A stretch of DNA of 64,000 nucleotides, taken from contig OX442314.1 of NCBI GenBank assembly GCA_949358305.1, positions 17,174,001-17,238,000 of the forward strand, read 5' to 3'. A program made the translations under genes and the position numbers. Below are positions 28,917 through 44,837 of the stretch, in pieces; positions within the stretch are counted from its first letter, which is position 1; each line of letters starts with the position of its first letter. Under the pieces are notes generated by a model. The model saw nothing but the letters and a program-made list of their open reading frames with translations. It was not told where the DNA came from and made no database searches. Source of the DNA: Strigamia acuminata (taxonomy: Eukaryota).

Positions 28917-31900
28917 CTATTTCGACATTTGCTTTGTATAAGTGACGCTTTTACAACTGTTGGATTTATTTTTTCTTGACTTATTCCCACCAGTCTGTAA
29001 ATAAAAAGAAAATAATGAAACGTAATAAAATAACGTTAAACGTAGGTAATTATCAACTCACCTTATACTCATCCGGTATAGCATCGACTTCAAAGTGACC
29101 TCGCCGACCTTTTGCTTTTTTCTTTCTACCTGTTCCACTCGATTTAAGTTTAGCTTTACTGTAATCAAAAGGTTGAAAATCTTCTTTAATTTTTTTCTCA
29201 GGCGGCGATTGTAATTCTTTTGCTTTCCGTTTCTTTTTTCTCTGTTTCAATAAATATAAAAACAATCCCAAAAAATTAAAATCGTCTTAAAAATCGAACA
29301 GTATAAAATCCAGAACCTGTGGCAACATTTCTCTTATTGGCTGCTCATCGTCCATTTCCTCATCGTCGCATTCAACTTCTTTAATATTTGTATCTGTCGT
29401 TTCCATTACGCTATCCTCTGTCGGTTCTTCGGTCTCTGCTTCATTTGGTTCTACCGATTTCATCGCAAGGTACTGAAAATTAATCACAATAAGTCATTGA
29501 TCTAGATGAATATTTTCCACTCAAAAAACTTACTCTTTGATAAGGTGTTGAGTTATTCTCCAAAGAATTTTTTACTGCGATGTACTTTTTATCTTTTATT
29601 ACTTTAGGTTTTGTATCGGCTGACAATAACAAGATGTCAGGTTTCGATTTTTCTTGAACACGTTTTAGAGGACCCCGTGAAATCAAGTTAGAATTTGAAG
29701 CTGAAACGAAATTCGTGTCAATTTAAACGAATAATTTAGTTCAACTTGTTTAACTTACAACTTCTATCAATATTCTCATCTAGCAAATGAGAAAAATCGT
29801 GTGGACAAACCAATGGATTATCTAAATCAATTCTGCGTTGTGTCTGCGCTAAATTTATTTGTAACTGCTGAGATTCAACCTAAACGTAAAATTTGATTTT
29901 GTAGACGTATAAAAATATTTTTCGGACAACTCAATTCGTTTCTTACTTTGACCAAAGGTAACTCCCTTGCAGCTAAAATTATCATATGAAGTTCGTTCAC
30001 TTGTTGGCGGACTAACGGTGGGACAGGATTACAACACGCCATAACTCCCTGCTGCTCGCGAGGCAAAATTTCCGCTATTTGCAGCAGCATGTGATTGGGC
30101 AATACAAATCTAAATACAAATTAATTAATTTCCTTTTACCAAGTTTGTGCAAACTATTATACCCAATTGACTCATCAGCACTTCGCGCTATTGCGTTTCT
30201 CCATCGGCTGAGTTCTTTAAGCGCATACATTTGGCGTGAATTGAAAATCTTCTTGCTCTTTTCGTACAGCACTAAATGTGCATCGTCGGTAAATACAGGT
30301 TTTTCATAACGCTAAAAACAAATGTAAAAATATACAATTAATAATTCTAAAGTGGCGTGTTAAGACTTCAACATGTACCTCGAGACAAAGTTGTCTACTA
30401 CGATTTAAAACGTTTAATAGTAGATTTTTTTGCTCATTTCCAACGTTAAGTAATTCATTTTTCAGCATATCATAAATATAAAGCAGGTAATGAGTGTCTT
30501 CTCTAGCATACCGGCTCATCTCCTCTGGCAGAGGTCTAAAAATAGTAAAAACAATTAAATATTTTACTGGATATGCAATTAAATTAGTTTTCTTTTACCT
30601 AATTCGCCAATCTGCCAACTGATACTGTTTGTCAGCAATCACTTTACAATAAAGCTTCAACAAAAAAGCGAGAGAGCAACTATTGAAGTTAAGAACGCGG
30701 CATGCCTGACCAGTGTCAAACATGTTGACTATATATAAACCGAAATCACGCTGTAACCACATTATATCTCTATCCGCCCCGTGTAAAACCTGTAAATAAC
30801 GATTTAAAAACGTGTTAATTGATAACCTAAATTAAAAATTTGGAAAACAAACTTTGACAATCTTAGGATCTGTGAAAACTTCATTTAAAATTTGTAAATG
30901 GCTCCTTAATTCCAAAGTATCAATAATATAATCCTTTAAACGTGTTGATAATTGCATTAAACATGTAATTCCTTGGAAACTTCGGTAAGAATGATGCTCT
31001 AAATCGATTGCTAATTCTTTTTGTCCTCTAAGTTCCTCCATTAATGTCGTCAATTGTTCTGGTTTGTCGATGTAAACCAACGTTGTGTCTTCTAACGATT
31101 TTGGAATTTGTGGTGTAACACTTTCTAACTGTTCCGGTCGAGGTTTAAAATGTTCTAATTCACATTCGTACGGATGGCTGAACCTATTAATGCAATAGTA
31201 TTTTGAAGTTAAAACTGAAGTTTGTATTAAAATTCAATTTATACTAACATTAAACCTTTTCTCGTTGGTTCCATAATAATAGAGAGCGGTCGTATAGAAT
31301 TCGGTTTCTCTTTAATTATAGGTTGAAATGGTTTATCGCTGTTATTAATTTTGTCGGCAAATTTCAATTGAGGTTGTAAAATATTTTTAGCAGTTAGTAG
31401 AGAGTAATTTGTACTCGTAGGGTCAACTGCGGCCTGGTAATAAATAAGTAAACAAATGAATAAATTTAATAACCAAAATCTGTAACGAATTTTTAACCTT
31501 TCTGTTCCAACTTGTGCGAATTAATGCTTTTGTACCCGCACTAGCTAAAGCTAAAATCGGAGTCATCTTTTTGCCAGAAGCATCGTCAAGTGATAGACCC
31601 TATAATCAAAATAATTGTCAACTTATTCCGTATATTTTGAATTCGTTGCAAATAAATGACCAAAATCTTACAATTTTTTCCATTAGCAAGTCGTTGACTT
31701 CTGTCACCAAATCAACCTTATCTTCTAAATCCATCAGATTCAAATTTCGTTTAATCGCCTGATGTTTCATAATATCACTCATCCTAGACAAATAAAACAA
31801 TAAAAATTAATTTAAAAAAAATAAAAATTAAGTTTTGCTAAATTGTACGACATACAAATCAAGCAGCTTTTGAATTTGCTCGGCTCGCAGTTCTTTAAGT

Positions 31901-32108
31901 GGAATTGAAGGATCACAATTTGTAGTGTCAATGTTCATAACGTTCGTGCAATTCTTAACTGCGGTCACTGTTGCTAGCAATGCGGCCTGAAAACGTAAAG
32001 TTTTTTAAAAATACCGGTAGTGAAAAAATAACTTTTCTATTCTATTCATACCTTTGAAAACTGAGTTACGTCTTCATAATCCGACACAAAACTCGTCGAA
32101 TCGTCCAT
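28917..32108 (-). CDS. EXOSC10: Exosome component 10 (Rrp6), DEDD-Y 3'-5' exonuclease with HRDC domain, multi-exon
   Basis: Motifs [48 protein letters not shown] and [18 protein letters not shown] segment [36 protein letters not shown] at 32108 ([11 protein letters not shown]). Last exon [25 protein letters not shown] ends at 28917. Confidence 0.93.
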
Positions 32109-32585
32109 TGTAAAGTCTCTTAATATGAATTATATACAAAATTACTTTGATTAAGTTCACTTAAAACTTAAGTGAAAGAGATAGATGACGACCACGCACA
32201 CCAACCCCAACCGAGATCACTCAAGAATGGGCAATGTAATTGCGCAATAATATATGGGTAAAAAAAATTTTTTTAATAAATAAATTCATAGATGTTTCAT
32301 AACTTTGTTCAGTGTTGTAAAACAATCATTCCTATTTGAATTAAATTTAAAAATGTTTTAGTGATTTCGTTTTTGCCACATTCGCAATCTCATTTTCGAG
32401 AATGCTCGATCGAAGCTTTTGCAGAGGCTGGGGAAGAGGCTTTAGTAATTTGGGACGAGAGTGCGCTTATATTCCTCTAGTGGTGAATTAGGGCAAAAGT
32501 TATTATTTTGTTTTTTGATTGTTATAAACATTCGAAAAATATTGTTTTTCTTCTGGGCAGCTGAATTCTGTTGTATGATTTTGTC

Positions 32586-33079
32586 ATGCCGTTCAATATT
32601 CAGGAAGTTGGCCATCCTGGAAGACTTGATGATCTAGATTTAGTTAAACAACGAGCAGCAATTCGTGCTCAAAATAAACAATTCTTTCTAAAAAGCTACA
32701 CTGATCCTAATCGACAACTGAAAGGCCAAGGAGGCGTTATTGTAAAACAAGAAAATTTTAAAAAATTCCGATTTTTTTTTCTTAATACTTCTCTTCCTAT
32801 TTAGTTCGAAGCTAACTTTCATCGTTACATGGCTATGAAAAACTCGCAACGAGATTTTTTTAAACCAAATTATTACACGGCCAAACTATATGCAATGATT
32901 ATTATTATCCCAATGACAGCCGTTGGAATAATGTTGCATACTGCTCGGGTACAGTGTAATTAATATTTATACAGAATTCTTTTTAAAAGTATTTTTTTTT
33001 AATTTTTAAGACTGAATTTGAGCGAAAATGCCGCGCTGGTGAAATCCCGTACAAAGATCGTCATCCAAAGTATCTGTGA
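32586..33079 (+). CDS. NDUFB4: NADH dehydrogenase 1 beta subcomplex subunit 4 (B15), copy 1, 122 aa
   Basis: Exons 32586-32741, 32805-32948, 33011-33079 with phase-0 GT-AG introns. Protein has FLKSYTDPNRQ..GGVIFEANFHRYMAMKNSQRDFFKPN, one hydrophobic helix, and C-terminal ERKCRAGEIPYKDRHPKYL resembling arthropod ND-B15. Confidence 0.85.
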
Positions 33080-33292
33080 TCCCAAATAAATTAAAATATT
33101 AAGTATTTTGTTATTTATGTAAGTTTGAGTTAGACAAAATAAAAGACATTCAAAGTTAAGTTTAAAAAAATTAATTCAGCAGAAATCGAATTTGTGGGAC
33201 CGGTCGTGACTCCGTCTATTGAGCCGACCGGTTACGAGAGAAGCAGCAGCAGAAGGTCGCAAAGGAAGTTCTCGCTTCGCACCAAGTGAAAC

Positions 33293-33967
33293 ATGCCTTT
33301 CAATATCCAAAAAGTAGGCGAGCCAGGCCGAGTGGATGAACCCGAACTCATCGCTCGTCGTGCTGAAATGAGAGCGGAAAGGAAATTAAATTTTCTTAAA
33401 ACCTACACCGATCCATTTCGCCAACTATCTGGCCAAGGAGGAGTTGCTGTAATTACAAAATAACAAACCTGGTGCACTCAAGCTGGTCCCGGCAGCATAT
33501 ATTTTTTGCTTGACAGTGTCTGGCGATCGGTAATGGGTACATGATCAGTAGTGTCGCTGTGGAAAAAAAGATATGCACACGGCTGAGTGACTTGCTTGGT
33601 TTGTTGTGTTCGCGTTGTTTACATTTATTTACATTTATTATTACAATAACATTTTCAAATTTTTATTTCTAATTAAATTTTCAGTTTGAAACTGCTCATC
33701 AGCGATATTATGCGATGAAATGCTCGCAACGAGACTTCTTCAAGCCTAATTTTTACACTGCGAAATTGTATGCATTTATCATCATTATCCCAATGTTTGC
33801 CATTGGGTACGTCATGCATTCTGCGAGAGTAAGTTTACACTTTTAAAATCCAGTTTTTCTCCAGTATTTTATTCATTCTTTCTTTCGTTTGCTGACAGAC
33901 TGAATTCGAGCGAAAATGTCGTGCTGGTGAAATCGCTTACAAAGATCGACACCCAAAATATTTGTAA
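33293..33967 (+). CDS. NDUFB4: NADH dehydrogenase 1 beta subcomplex subunit 4 (B15), copy 2, 122 aa
   Basis: Exons 33293-33448, 33685-33828, 33899-33967. Exon lengths and phases match copy 1, the ORF is intact, and 88/122 residues are identical by hand count. Confidence 0.85.
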
Positions 33968-34087
33968 TTGACGTGACCACAAACCTAGTTGTCAGAATTG
34001 TTTATTTGTAGTGATAACAACAATTTAACTAAACATGTAAAAATTATGTTCTACTAAGCTAAATGTAGCCGATGATTTAGGAAAGTT

Positions 34088-37163
<3,076 letters not shown>

Positions 37164-37513
37164 TTTCAACGTCGAAGTGTATTCCTAACAGTCAAATAAA
37201 CGTCGATCCCGACGGTCCGTGGTTCTATACAAAACCTCGACGAAAACAACGAATGTACGACGTCGTTGTTGATTCTTGCGCCTCTAGCGAGCATTTTGCC
37301 AAGTGTAGTTCCTTTATCGTTGAATATAACGTAATGCCATCTAACGTTAGTTTTTAGTAATTGAAGTTGCTTTTCCTTTTCCGGTCGGTTTCCGTAACGA
37401 TGGGAAGCCTCTACGGTCAGGCGCACATTTTAAGTTTTTGGATTTTGCAGAAGAAAGAAACTGGTATCAATGTGTAGAATTATAGAAAGTGTACAATTTT
37501 GTAAAGGGATGAA

Positions 37514-40179
37514 ATGATGACGGCCGAAGTAAGTAATCCGTTTTTAACATTAATTTAAGAAATTAAGCTCTCGTAGCGTCTCCTCCTCGGTTAACCCTAA
37601 CGTCAATGTTATTGAGATTTAAGTTCCTCCTGTAGATGTAGAAAATATACAATCAAACATACCAGGATAGATATACGCAGAAAAGAGATGTCTGTGTTTA
37701 TCACATGTAAATGGTAAGTGAACTCGTTTCGCTTAAAGTTGCACTTGAATAAGAAATTAAGAATAAAAAAATCGCAAAACCACAAAATTTGAGAATCATA
37801 CTTTATAATTTATTTATTTTACATTAAGAAATTCACTTCTTTAATTTATTTATTATTTTTAAAAGAATCTTCAATTTTAATCGAAAAATTGAAGGCCCAA
37901 CGACAAAAATCCAAATTCCAAAATTCAAATTATTTTTTTTTAAAAAAATAACAAAAATTGAAATTTTCTACCATAAAAAAAATTCTTTCCAATAAATCCA
38001 CATCGTAAAGCTCAAAATGAAATACATAAAAAAAAATCTTTATATTTTTCCAATTTTTTTCTTAATTCGAAATAAGTGCAAACGAAAATGCATCTGGAAA
38101 AATGTTCTTCAAAGTTCTCACCTTGAGTTGTGAGAGTAGGAATGGACCCGCGAATATAGGTCACTGTTTTTCCCCCACCCTCGTTGGATATGGACTGACC
38201 CTTTGCTGCCAGTGTGGCGTACAGAAGGCTGAACGAACGCTCCATCCTCAACCCCAGTGTCGAGGAAGAAGCAATTTCGTATATTCCATCAAATTCGACT
38301 GCAACCAGCTCGTTTGAACGATGATCTCGTTGCGTAATATCAATTGCAAGCTCTGAAGTTGCAATCGCGGGTGCACTGCATTCCTGGTGTGTGCAATCAT
38401 TTTTTAACCCACTTCCGTGTGTGGGAGGAGGAGGAGGAGGAGGTGGAGGAGCATGAAGGTAAAGAGAGAGAGATAGAGATAGACTTGTTTTGATGAAACG
38501 CCAATATTTTCGCTCGATCTCAATCCAATGCATTGTTTCGAAGTTTAGTGTATCGTTCTGACCAATCGCTTTATGTTGCAGGGCTCTAGGCAACGGCCTT
38601 ATAAAGTGTGGAGCGCCGATCGCACAGTTCGCAAAGGAGTCACTGCCAGCAACATCCAAGAACTCGTGGGCAAAGGTAGAGGAGGGAAAAAGAGATTGGA
38701 GTTGGAAACGATTTGTTTTTTGGTGTAATTTCTGGTTTTTTAATTTGTTTTTGTTGGTTTTTGAAGGGAAAATGAAACTTACGCTTCAAGAATCGGACGT
38801 GTCTGTTGTTCTAGAAACTGATGGAACCGAAATAGATGATGACCGTTATTTCCAGATGCTCGAGGATAACACAGTGTTTGTGTTTCTGAGGGTGGGCGAG
38901 AAATGGTATCCGCCTGGAGTAGAGGCTATCAGGGCAGGTAAAATGCAAATGCAATATGACTTTCGGTTGCTTTTTTCCCATTTTTTGTATTTTTGTATTA
39001 TTTAGTGTATTGAATGAATTTTTTTATATTTTTTATTTTTGTATGATTTGCTTTATTAAAAGTTTTTTTAAATTTATATTTTTGTTTGATTTTTGTGTTG
39101 CTTTTGTGACTCGTGCTAGTGGCGCATTTTTGAGATTTGTTTTTTTGTTTTGTTTTTTATTTTATATTTTTTATTTTATTTTATTTATTTTTATTTTTAT
39201 TTTTATCTTCTGAATGAAATTTCATTGGCCTAGATCATTGGTTGTTTGGTGTGGAATGTGACAAAGTGGCACTGTGTGGTTTCCAGCTATCCACGCCATT
39301 CCACGCATTGTGTGCGACGCCATCAACACGCTGGAGTTAATCGACGAAGCGCCATCTTGGAAGATCATGGATAACAGAGGTCGGATCACGGTCGTGCTAA
39401 ACTGGGACCAGCGTGAGATTCGCAAGGTGACGGTGGGCCCCGCGCGCCGCTCGCCCACCGTGCGAGAGGTGCACAGAATATTCCCGGAGGAAGGCGCGGT
39501 CGAGCGCAAAAGTCCAATTACCATCACGACGAAAATCGAGAGTTTGGACCACGAAGACGGCGTCTACCACGACCGATTCGGGAAGAAGGTGACAACAATC
39601 AACGACGTGATGCCGACAACCGGTCCAAGCGGTCGAATTCAACCCGTGATAGTGGAGCATCGAGCCGCGAGTCCCGACGGCAGCATGGTCTGCGACTTCC
39701 ACTGCTGCGCACTGCACGAAGAGGGCGGTCGAATCCACGTGACCAAGTCGTCGGTCGCCACTTCGCCCATCCAGGAACAGCCCGACGTGGCCGTTCGCCG
39801 TCCTTCGCCAAAGGGGACGCACGTTCGGTTTCTGGACGTTCACGTGGAGCCGCGCGCACCCGACAAGGAGAACTCGTCGGAATCGGACACGGAGAACACG
39901 CAAGCGGAGGACGAGCAGATGAGCGAGCGTTACTTGCTTCTCGTCGATCAGTTGTCACTGGAACAGAAACATCATCTCAACATTAAGGACATAGGAGTCA
40001 TCTTGGAACGACTCAGCTCAAAGATCGTGGACGTGGAGCGCTTGGAGCGCGAAAAAGAAAGCGACGACGTGCACAACTGGACCATCAAAGCGACCATCAA
40101 GGGTGAAGTTTTGCGCGAAATCGGAGTCATTTATAACGGCCATTATTATGGCATTTCGGAGCATCCGGGCTATTTTTGA
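37514..40179 (+). CDS. Drep2: CIDE-N (CAD) domain protein, Drep2-like (DNA fragmentation factor-related protein 2)
   Basis: Exons 37514-37528 (MMTAE|gtaagt), 38582-38675, 38767-38937, 39287-40179. CIDE-N segment RPYKVWSADRTVRKGV..VVLETDGTEIDDDRYFQML is followed by AIPRIVCDAINTLEL..PSWKIMDNRGRITVVLNWDQR and a C-terminal LREIGVIYNGHYYGISEHPGYF, as I recall for arthropod Drep2. The first exon is less certain. Confidence 0.85.
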
Positions 40180-42221
40180 ACGCGTCGAGAGCTTAGGGCA
40201 AGGTTACGAATCCAGTGCTAATTAGGCCTAAACCACACACGGTTTAATTAGTCTGTCAGACTGTTGGTTGTGTTGGCCCAGTGTTTGGAGTCGCATCTTG
40301 TGCTTTTCTGTCTCAGCTGCCAACATATCATTGAGAAGGCAAACAGGGCGTAGTCATTTTTTAGTTATTACTTCGTTTTCAACTGGAGTTATAAACTAAA
40401 AATTATTCTGTTTTTTCGTTTTTTTCTTTTTTCTTTTTTCTTTTTGATTTTTGGGAAGGATTTTTAACCTTGCGATAGAATGAGAATGAATTAATTTTCC
40501 ACGTTTTTGATCTTTAGCTAGAGAACGATCGTTAAGTAGCGGCTCCCAAGTCCTCCGGGCCAAGACTTTAGTCGGTGATGGCGTTGTTGGATGCGATATC
40601 GCGTCCACTCTTTCGTGCTCATCAAGGAGCATGTTCTTCATACTGCCATCTTGTTATACTTTGTGCAGCTTGACTGCCATTTTGCCATAGTTAGACGGTT
40701 GTTCAAAGAAAAAAAAATTTAGTGTTTGTTATTTATCATAAAAGATTTGGACCAGAGAGGAAATGTTGCATTCGTCCATTCGTAGCTGCTTGGACTTCAA
40801 TTAAGGTTTCTTGGAGTATTTTTTGGGCTTGAAACACGGTGTATAGTATGGTATTAGTGGACTCGGTCTGTAAAGATTCTTTTTTCAAGCTTTATTATTA
40901 TTATTTTTTTTTTTTATGTCATTTTTTCTCCATCGTCCATTTGACATTGAGTCGTGTTGGATTTTTGCTGGAATGCAAATGGTGCATTTTTCTTTTCAAT
41001 GTTTTTGTGTTTCCATTTTTCTCATAGGAGACAATCAGGCGTAACACATGCGGCTGGGAGTTCCTTGGCAGCTGCTAATTGGATTATTTTTCTTTCTTTT
41101 TAAATAATTTATTTTTATATTCAAATTGGATTTCTTTTTCTTTCTTCCATAGCGTGTTGCAGTCTTGTTTACAATACCCTGTCTGTCCGTTGTGTGATCT
41201 TTCCCATTGACACAATTCGACCATTTTGAGTTTCCGATTTTAATGTGTGCACCTACGGTTGTTGATTCTGTATCGAGCGCTGGCTGGCTTGTAGTGAGTA
41301 ATGTCAGATGCAGTTGGGAAATTTATAATATGAATATATTTATTTTTTTTCTATTTATTGTGAATGAATAACCCACTAACTTTCCAAAGTAGGCCTAACA
41401 GGACCTTCCTCGTTTCGATCGCATCTAACTTCCCCGAGCTTACTGACAATACACAGTACAATTTTACTTGACTGGTGTATTCTGTGTTACTTTTCTTCCC
41501 TTAGATTTCGATGTCGGCTAATAGCGTTTGATATTTAACTAGTAGATACAGCGGCTGAATGTTTGGCACGTGAATTCAATTCATTCAGCATTGGTCAAAC
41601 TGTATATAACGAAGAAGAAAAGAAAAAAGAAAAAAAAAACCTAGATTAAAAGAAAATTGTCTTACGGTATTCCTAGTATGTCACACGTGGGTAATTTTAA
41701 TTTGAGTCGGTTACATTTTCCTCCGTTTATATTCTAACATAGAGTCGAACTGCCTCGTATTCCAGATTACTTGTTGTGGCGTAGACAAACAGAAGCGTGA
41801 GTAACTGACTTTGGAAGGGGGACTGGCATCACCAACTCGATTCCGCAGCCCCTATCCAATCCATGTATTTATTTACACGTGTATTTATTCATTTTAATCG
41901 ATTCTTTTTAGTTGGGACTTTGATTTCTTGCCTAATCCAATGGTAACAGCAAATTTTTATCGTGCAAAGAAAAGAAAATATTTTCTCTATCTGTGGGTTT
42001 CGTTTGTTTGTTTTCGAAATGCTCAACAGTTATCACATGATTGTGAGAAGAGTGATCTTAATCAGTTGTCATGTACATCACTGCCAATTGAATTCCTCAA
42101 TCCGTTGGTTGGTTGTTTGTTTGGAGAAGGGCAGAGATGTTGCTGTTCTTCTCTCAATTTCCTTACGGTATGAATGATAGAGTGAATGCTACGAGTGAGT
42201 GAGTGACGGGGTGAACTTGGT

Positions 42222-42364
42222 AATAAATAAATAAATAACATTATTGATTATAATTATTATTATTATTATTATTATTATTAATTGGTCACTTTTAGATAAC
42301 GAATCGTGTCATGATTAAGTGGCCAAATTTCTTATTACTTAACGAAGTATTGGTGAAAATAAAA

Positions 42365-42394
<30 letters not shown>
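42222..42394. repeat. AT-rich microsatellites, (AAAT)n and (ATT)n, in the presumed Drep2 3' UTR
   Basis: Direct reading: aataaataaataaataa, attattattattattattatta, and aaataaataaataaataaataaat. Confidence 0.85.
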
Positions 42395-42395
<1 letters not shown>

Positions 42396-42868
42396 GCATT
42401 TATCACATGTTAACGAGCAGCTGCGTGCTGAAATTCCTCTCTTTTGTACAGAAAGCTATAAAACTATGAATTTCTGCTCTTTGTTGTTATTACTCTACAA
42501 TGTTTATTATGCACTTTTAACTTGTGATCATGTTAGAAATGTTTTCCATTTTGGTTTTCAAACTTGAAAAGTTTGCTTTGAAAACTTTGTTCGAAAAACA
42601 TTAAAAATAGTTGACAGCCCTTGTTCGTTTTCTGTGTATAATCGCTAGTTTACAGTAGCATTACTTGATTCTTTTTAATCTTTTATTGCACACGCTTAAC
42701 ATTTTCAATTCAAAATGGTTGCGCAATCTTGAGAATTAGAATGAACTCACCCAATCGAATTTGATTGCACAATCAGAAAAGATTTTCTAAATTCCATTTT
42801 ATTATTATTCCAATCATTACATCCTAATCTAAATTTCACAATACGTGGTGTTGAAATTGATAATTAGT

Positions 42869-43551
42869 CTATTTACCACATTGCAGTCTTTGGAAAACTT
42901 CGGTCAACATTTGATTACAAAGTGCAGCGTACGGATTGAGTTGAACCAAAGCCGATTTGGCAAAAGAACTTCCCAAAAGAGATGCTGCTTCAAAGTCTGT
43001 TTTCGAATCTTCACACCGACCTTTCAAACGATAGATAAGGCCCCTCTGACATAAAGCTTCTTTAGCGACTCGGCCACGACCGTTGCTCAATCTGATTGCA
43101 TCATTCAGGTCAGCCAGGGCAGCTGCAAATGGAATTTAATCAAATATAATCAGTCATCCATTGCTTGCTAAACTACTCAACAGATTACCATCAACGTTAG
43201 AATTGAGGCGATGGGCTTGAGCCCTGTTGTTATAAGCCGATGCGTTTGGAGATAATTCGATCGCTTTTGTAAATATCTCTATCGAATGCAGAAAATCACC
43301 GGATTCCGCTGCCCGAACTCCCGCCAGTTCCAGTTCATTTATTGAGTCCGATATTGCCGACACGTCTAGATTTTTTTTTTTACAATAAATAAATAATAAA
43401 TAAACGAAGGTTTTGAAATTTTAGAGTTGTAAATATCATACATACCTCCATTTTCAATATTTGCCGTAGCTTCTTCGTCTGGACATTCATCGATTGGAGA
43501 AAGATGACCGAATATTGCATCCAAAACAGCGCGGTCGTTTGCAGACGACAT
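42869..43551 (-). CDS. TTC36: Tetratricopeptide repeat protein 36 homolog
   Basis: Exons 43551-43446, 43365-43189, 43122-42869. Motifs [27 protein letters not shown] and [31 protein letters not shown] are characteristic of TTC36. Confidence 0.92.
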
Positions 43552-43808
43552 CTGGATGAACGAGAACGACGAGAAGAAACGAGAAGTGATGAGAGTTCAT
43601 ACCATAGCCTACGTTTTGATAAGACTTGTCTTTCAAACAAAATAAACTTAGGTTTTAGCAAATCGCGAGAAAGTAAATATATTAATATACTAAAATTGTA
43701 AATTAAAAAAGGCATATTAGCTAATTCTAAAATTATAAAAGAAAGAAATGATTAATGACCTCCACCAGGGCCGTATAGCGTAAGCATTGAAAATCTAAAT
43801 CTTACAAA

Positions 43809-44837
43809 ATGGCCGATGATAACGACGATGATGTGTGTGACAGTTGGGAAGATATGCTGGACAATAACGTAAGTTTAAAACAAAATATATAGCTAAGCGA
43901 TTTCGGTATATTAAATTGTATGGTTTCGAATTTTTAGAACATATATTTGTATAACGTTGATTTGATTTATTTCGATGATTAGTTTGTGGGTGGGAATAGA
44001 AGAACAAAAAGCTATATTTAGTTTTGATTATTGTGATAGAAAGTACCTAAAATAAGTACTGTCGCATAATATTGTGCAGGTACTGGAAGAACATTTGAAA
44101 AAGATAACGCCACATACGATCCCGGACGACGAAAAGATCGAGTAAGTTATAAATAGTTAAAACCAAGCACATTAAATTATACACGTGTTTTTCGTTTTTT
44201 TTTTTTTCGGTTTTTTTCCATCAGATTGTCGTGTGGTCAGAACGTTTACGTTGGCCCGATGATTCTGCAAGAAGACACAGGGAGAACCCCATACTCACCG
44301 CCTGAACCACAAGTGAAAATATTAAAAAGACCGACAAATTCAGCGCATCACCATCACGACACCAACAGCGGTGCAACAGCCACAAATACACCTACATTGA
44401 TGAAAAATGTGACATTAGTAAATTCAATCCAGACAAATGCTCTTATAAATGGAGAAAGAATGACCAAACAACCGGTTAAGAGTTTACAACAAAGAGAGGC
44501 AGAATACGCCGAAGCGAGATTAAGGATTCTCGGATCAGCAAAAAGTGAAGAAGAAATAGCAGAAGAGAGGTTAAAATAGGCAATTTATATTTATAATATT
44601 TTGTTTCATTTTATTTTCTTACATTATATTTTATATTTGTTTCTATTATTTGATTTCTTAAATTGTTTAACTGAAATAATAAATTAAACTTGTAGATTGG
44701 CTAAATTGGGCCTGAATTCACACCCAGAAATTGCTATCCGTGGTCTCCATTTGTCACAGCACGATCAATCGAGTAATAACGTTGTCCGTCAACCGCGTGG
44801 TCCGGACGGAACTTTAGGTTTTTGTTTAAAACGGTAG
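43809..44837 (+). CDS. SZRD1: SUZ RNA-binding domain-containing protein 1
   Basis: Exons 43809-43868, 44080-44141, 44225-44569, 44696-44837. N-terminal [11 protein letters not shown] segment VKILKRP...[20 protein letters not shown], and SUZ-C segment [14 protein letters not shown]. Confidence 0.92.

Noticed and set aside
39222..39958. Antisense ORFs overlapping the large Drep2 exon (similar ones overlie vigilin and CDC5L)
   Set aside because: Shadow ORFs expected from codon bias of the real gene on the other strand.
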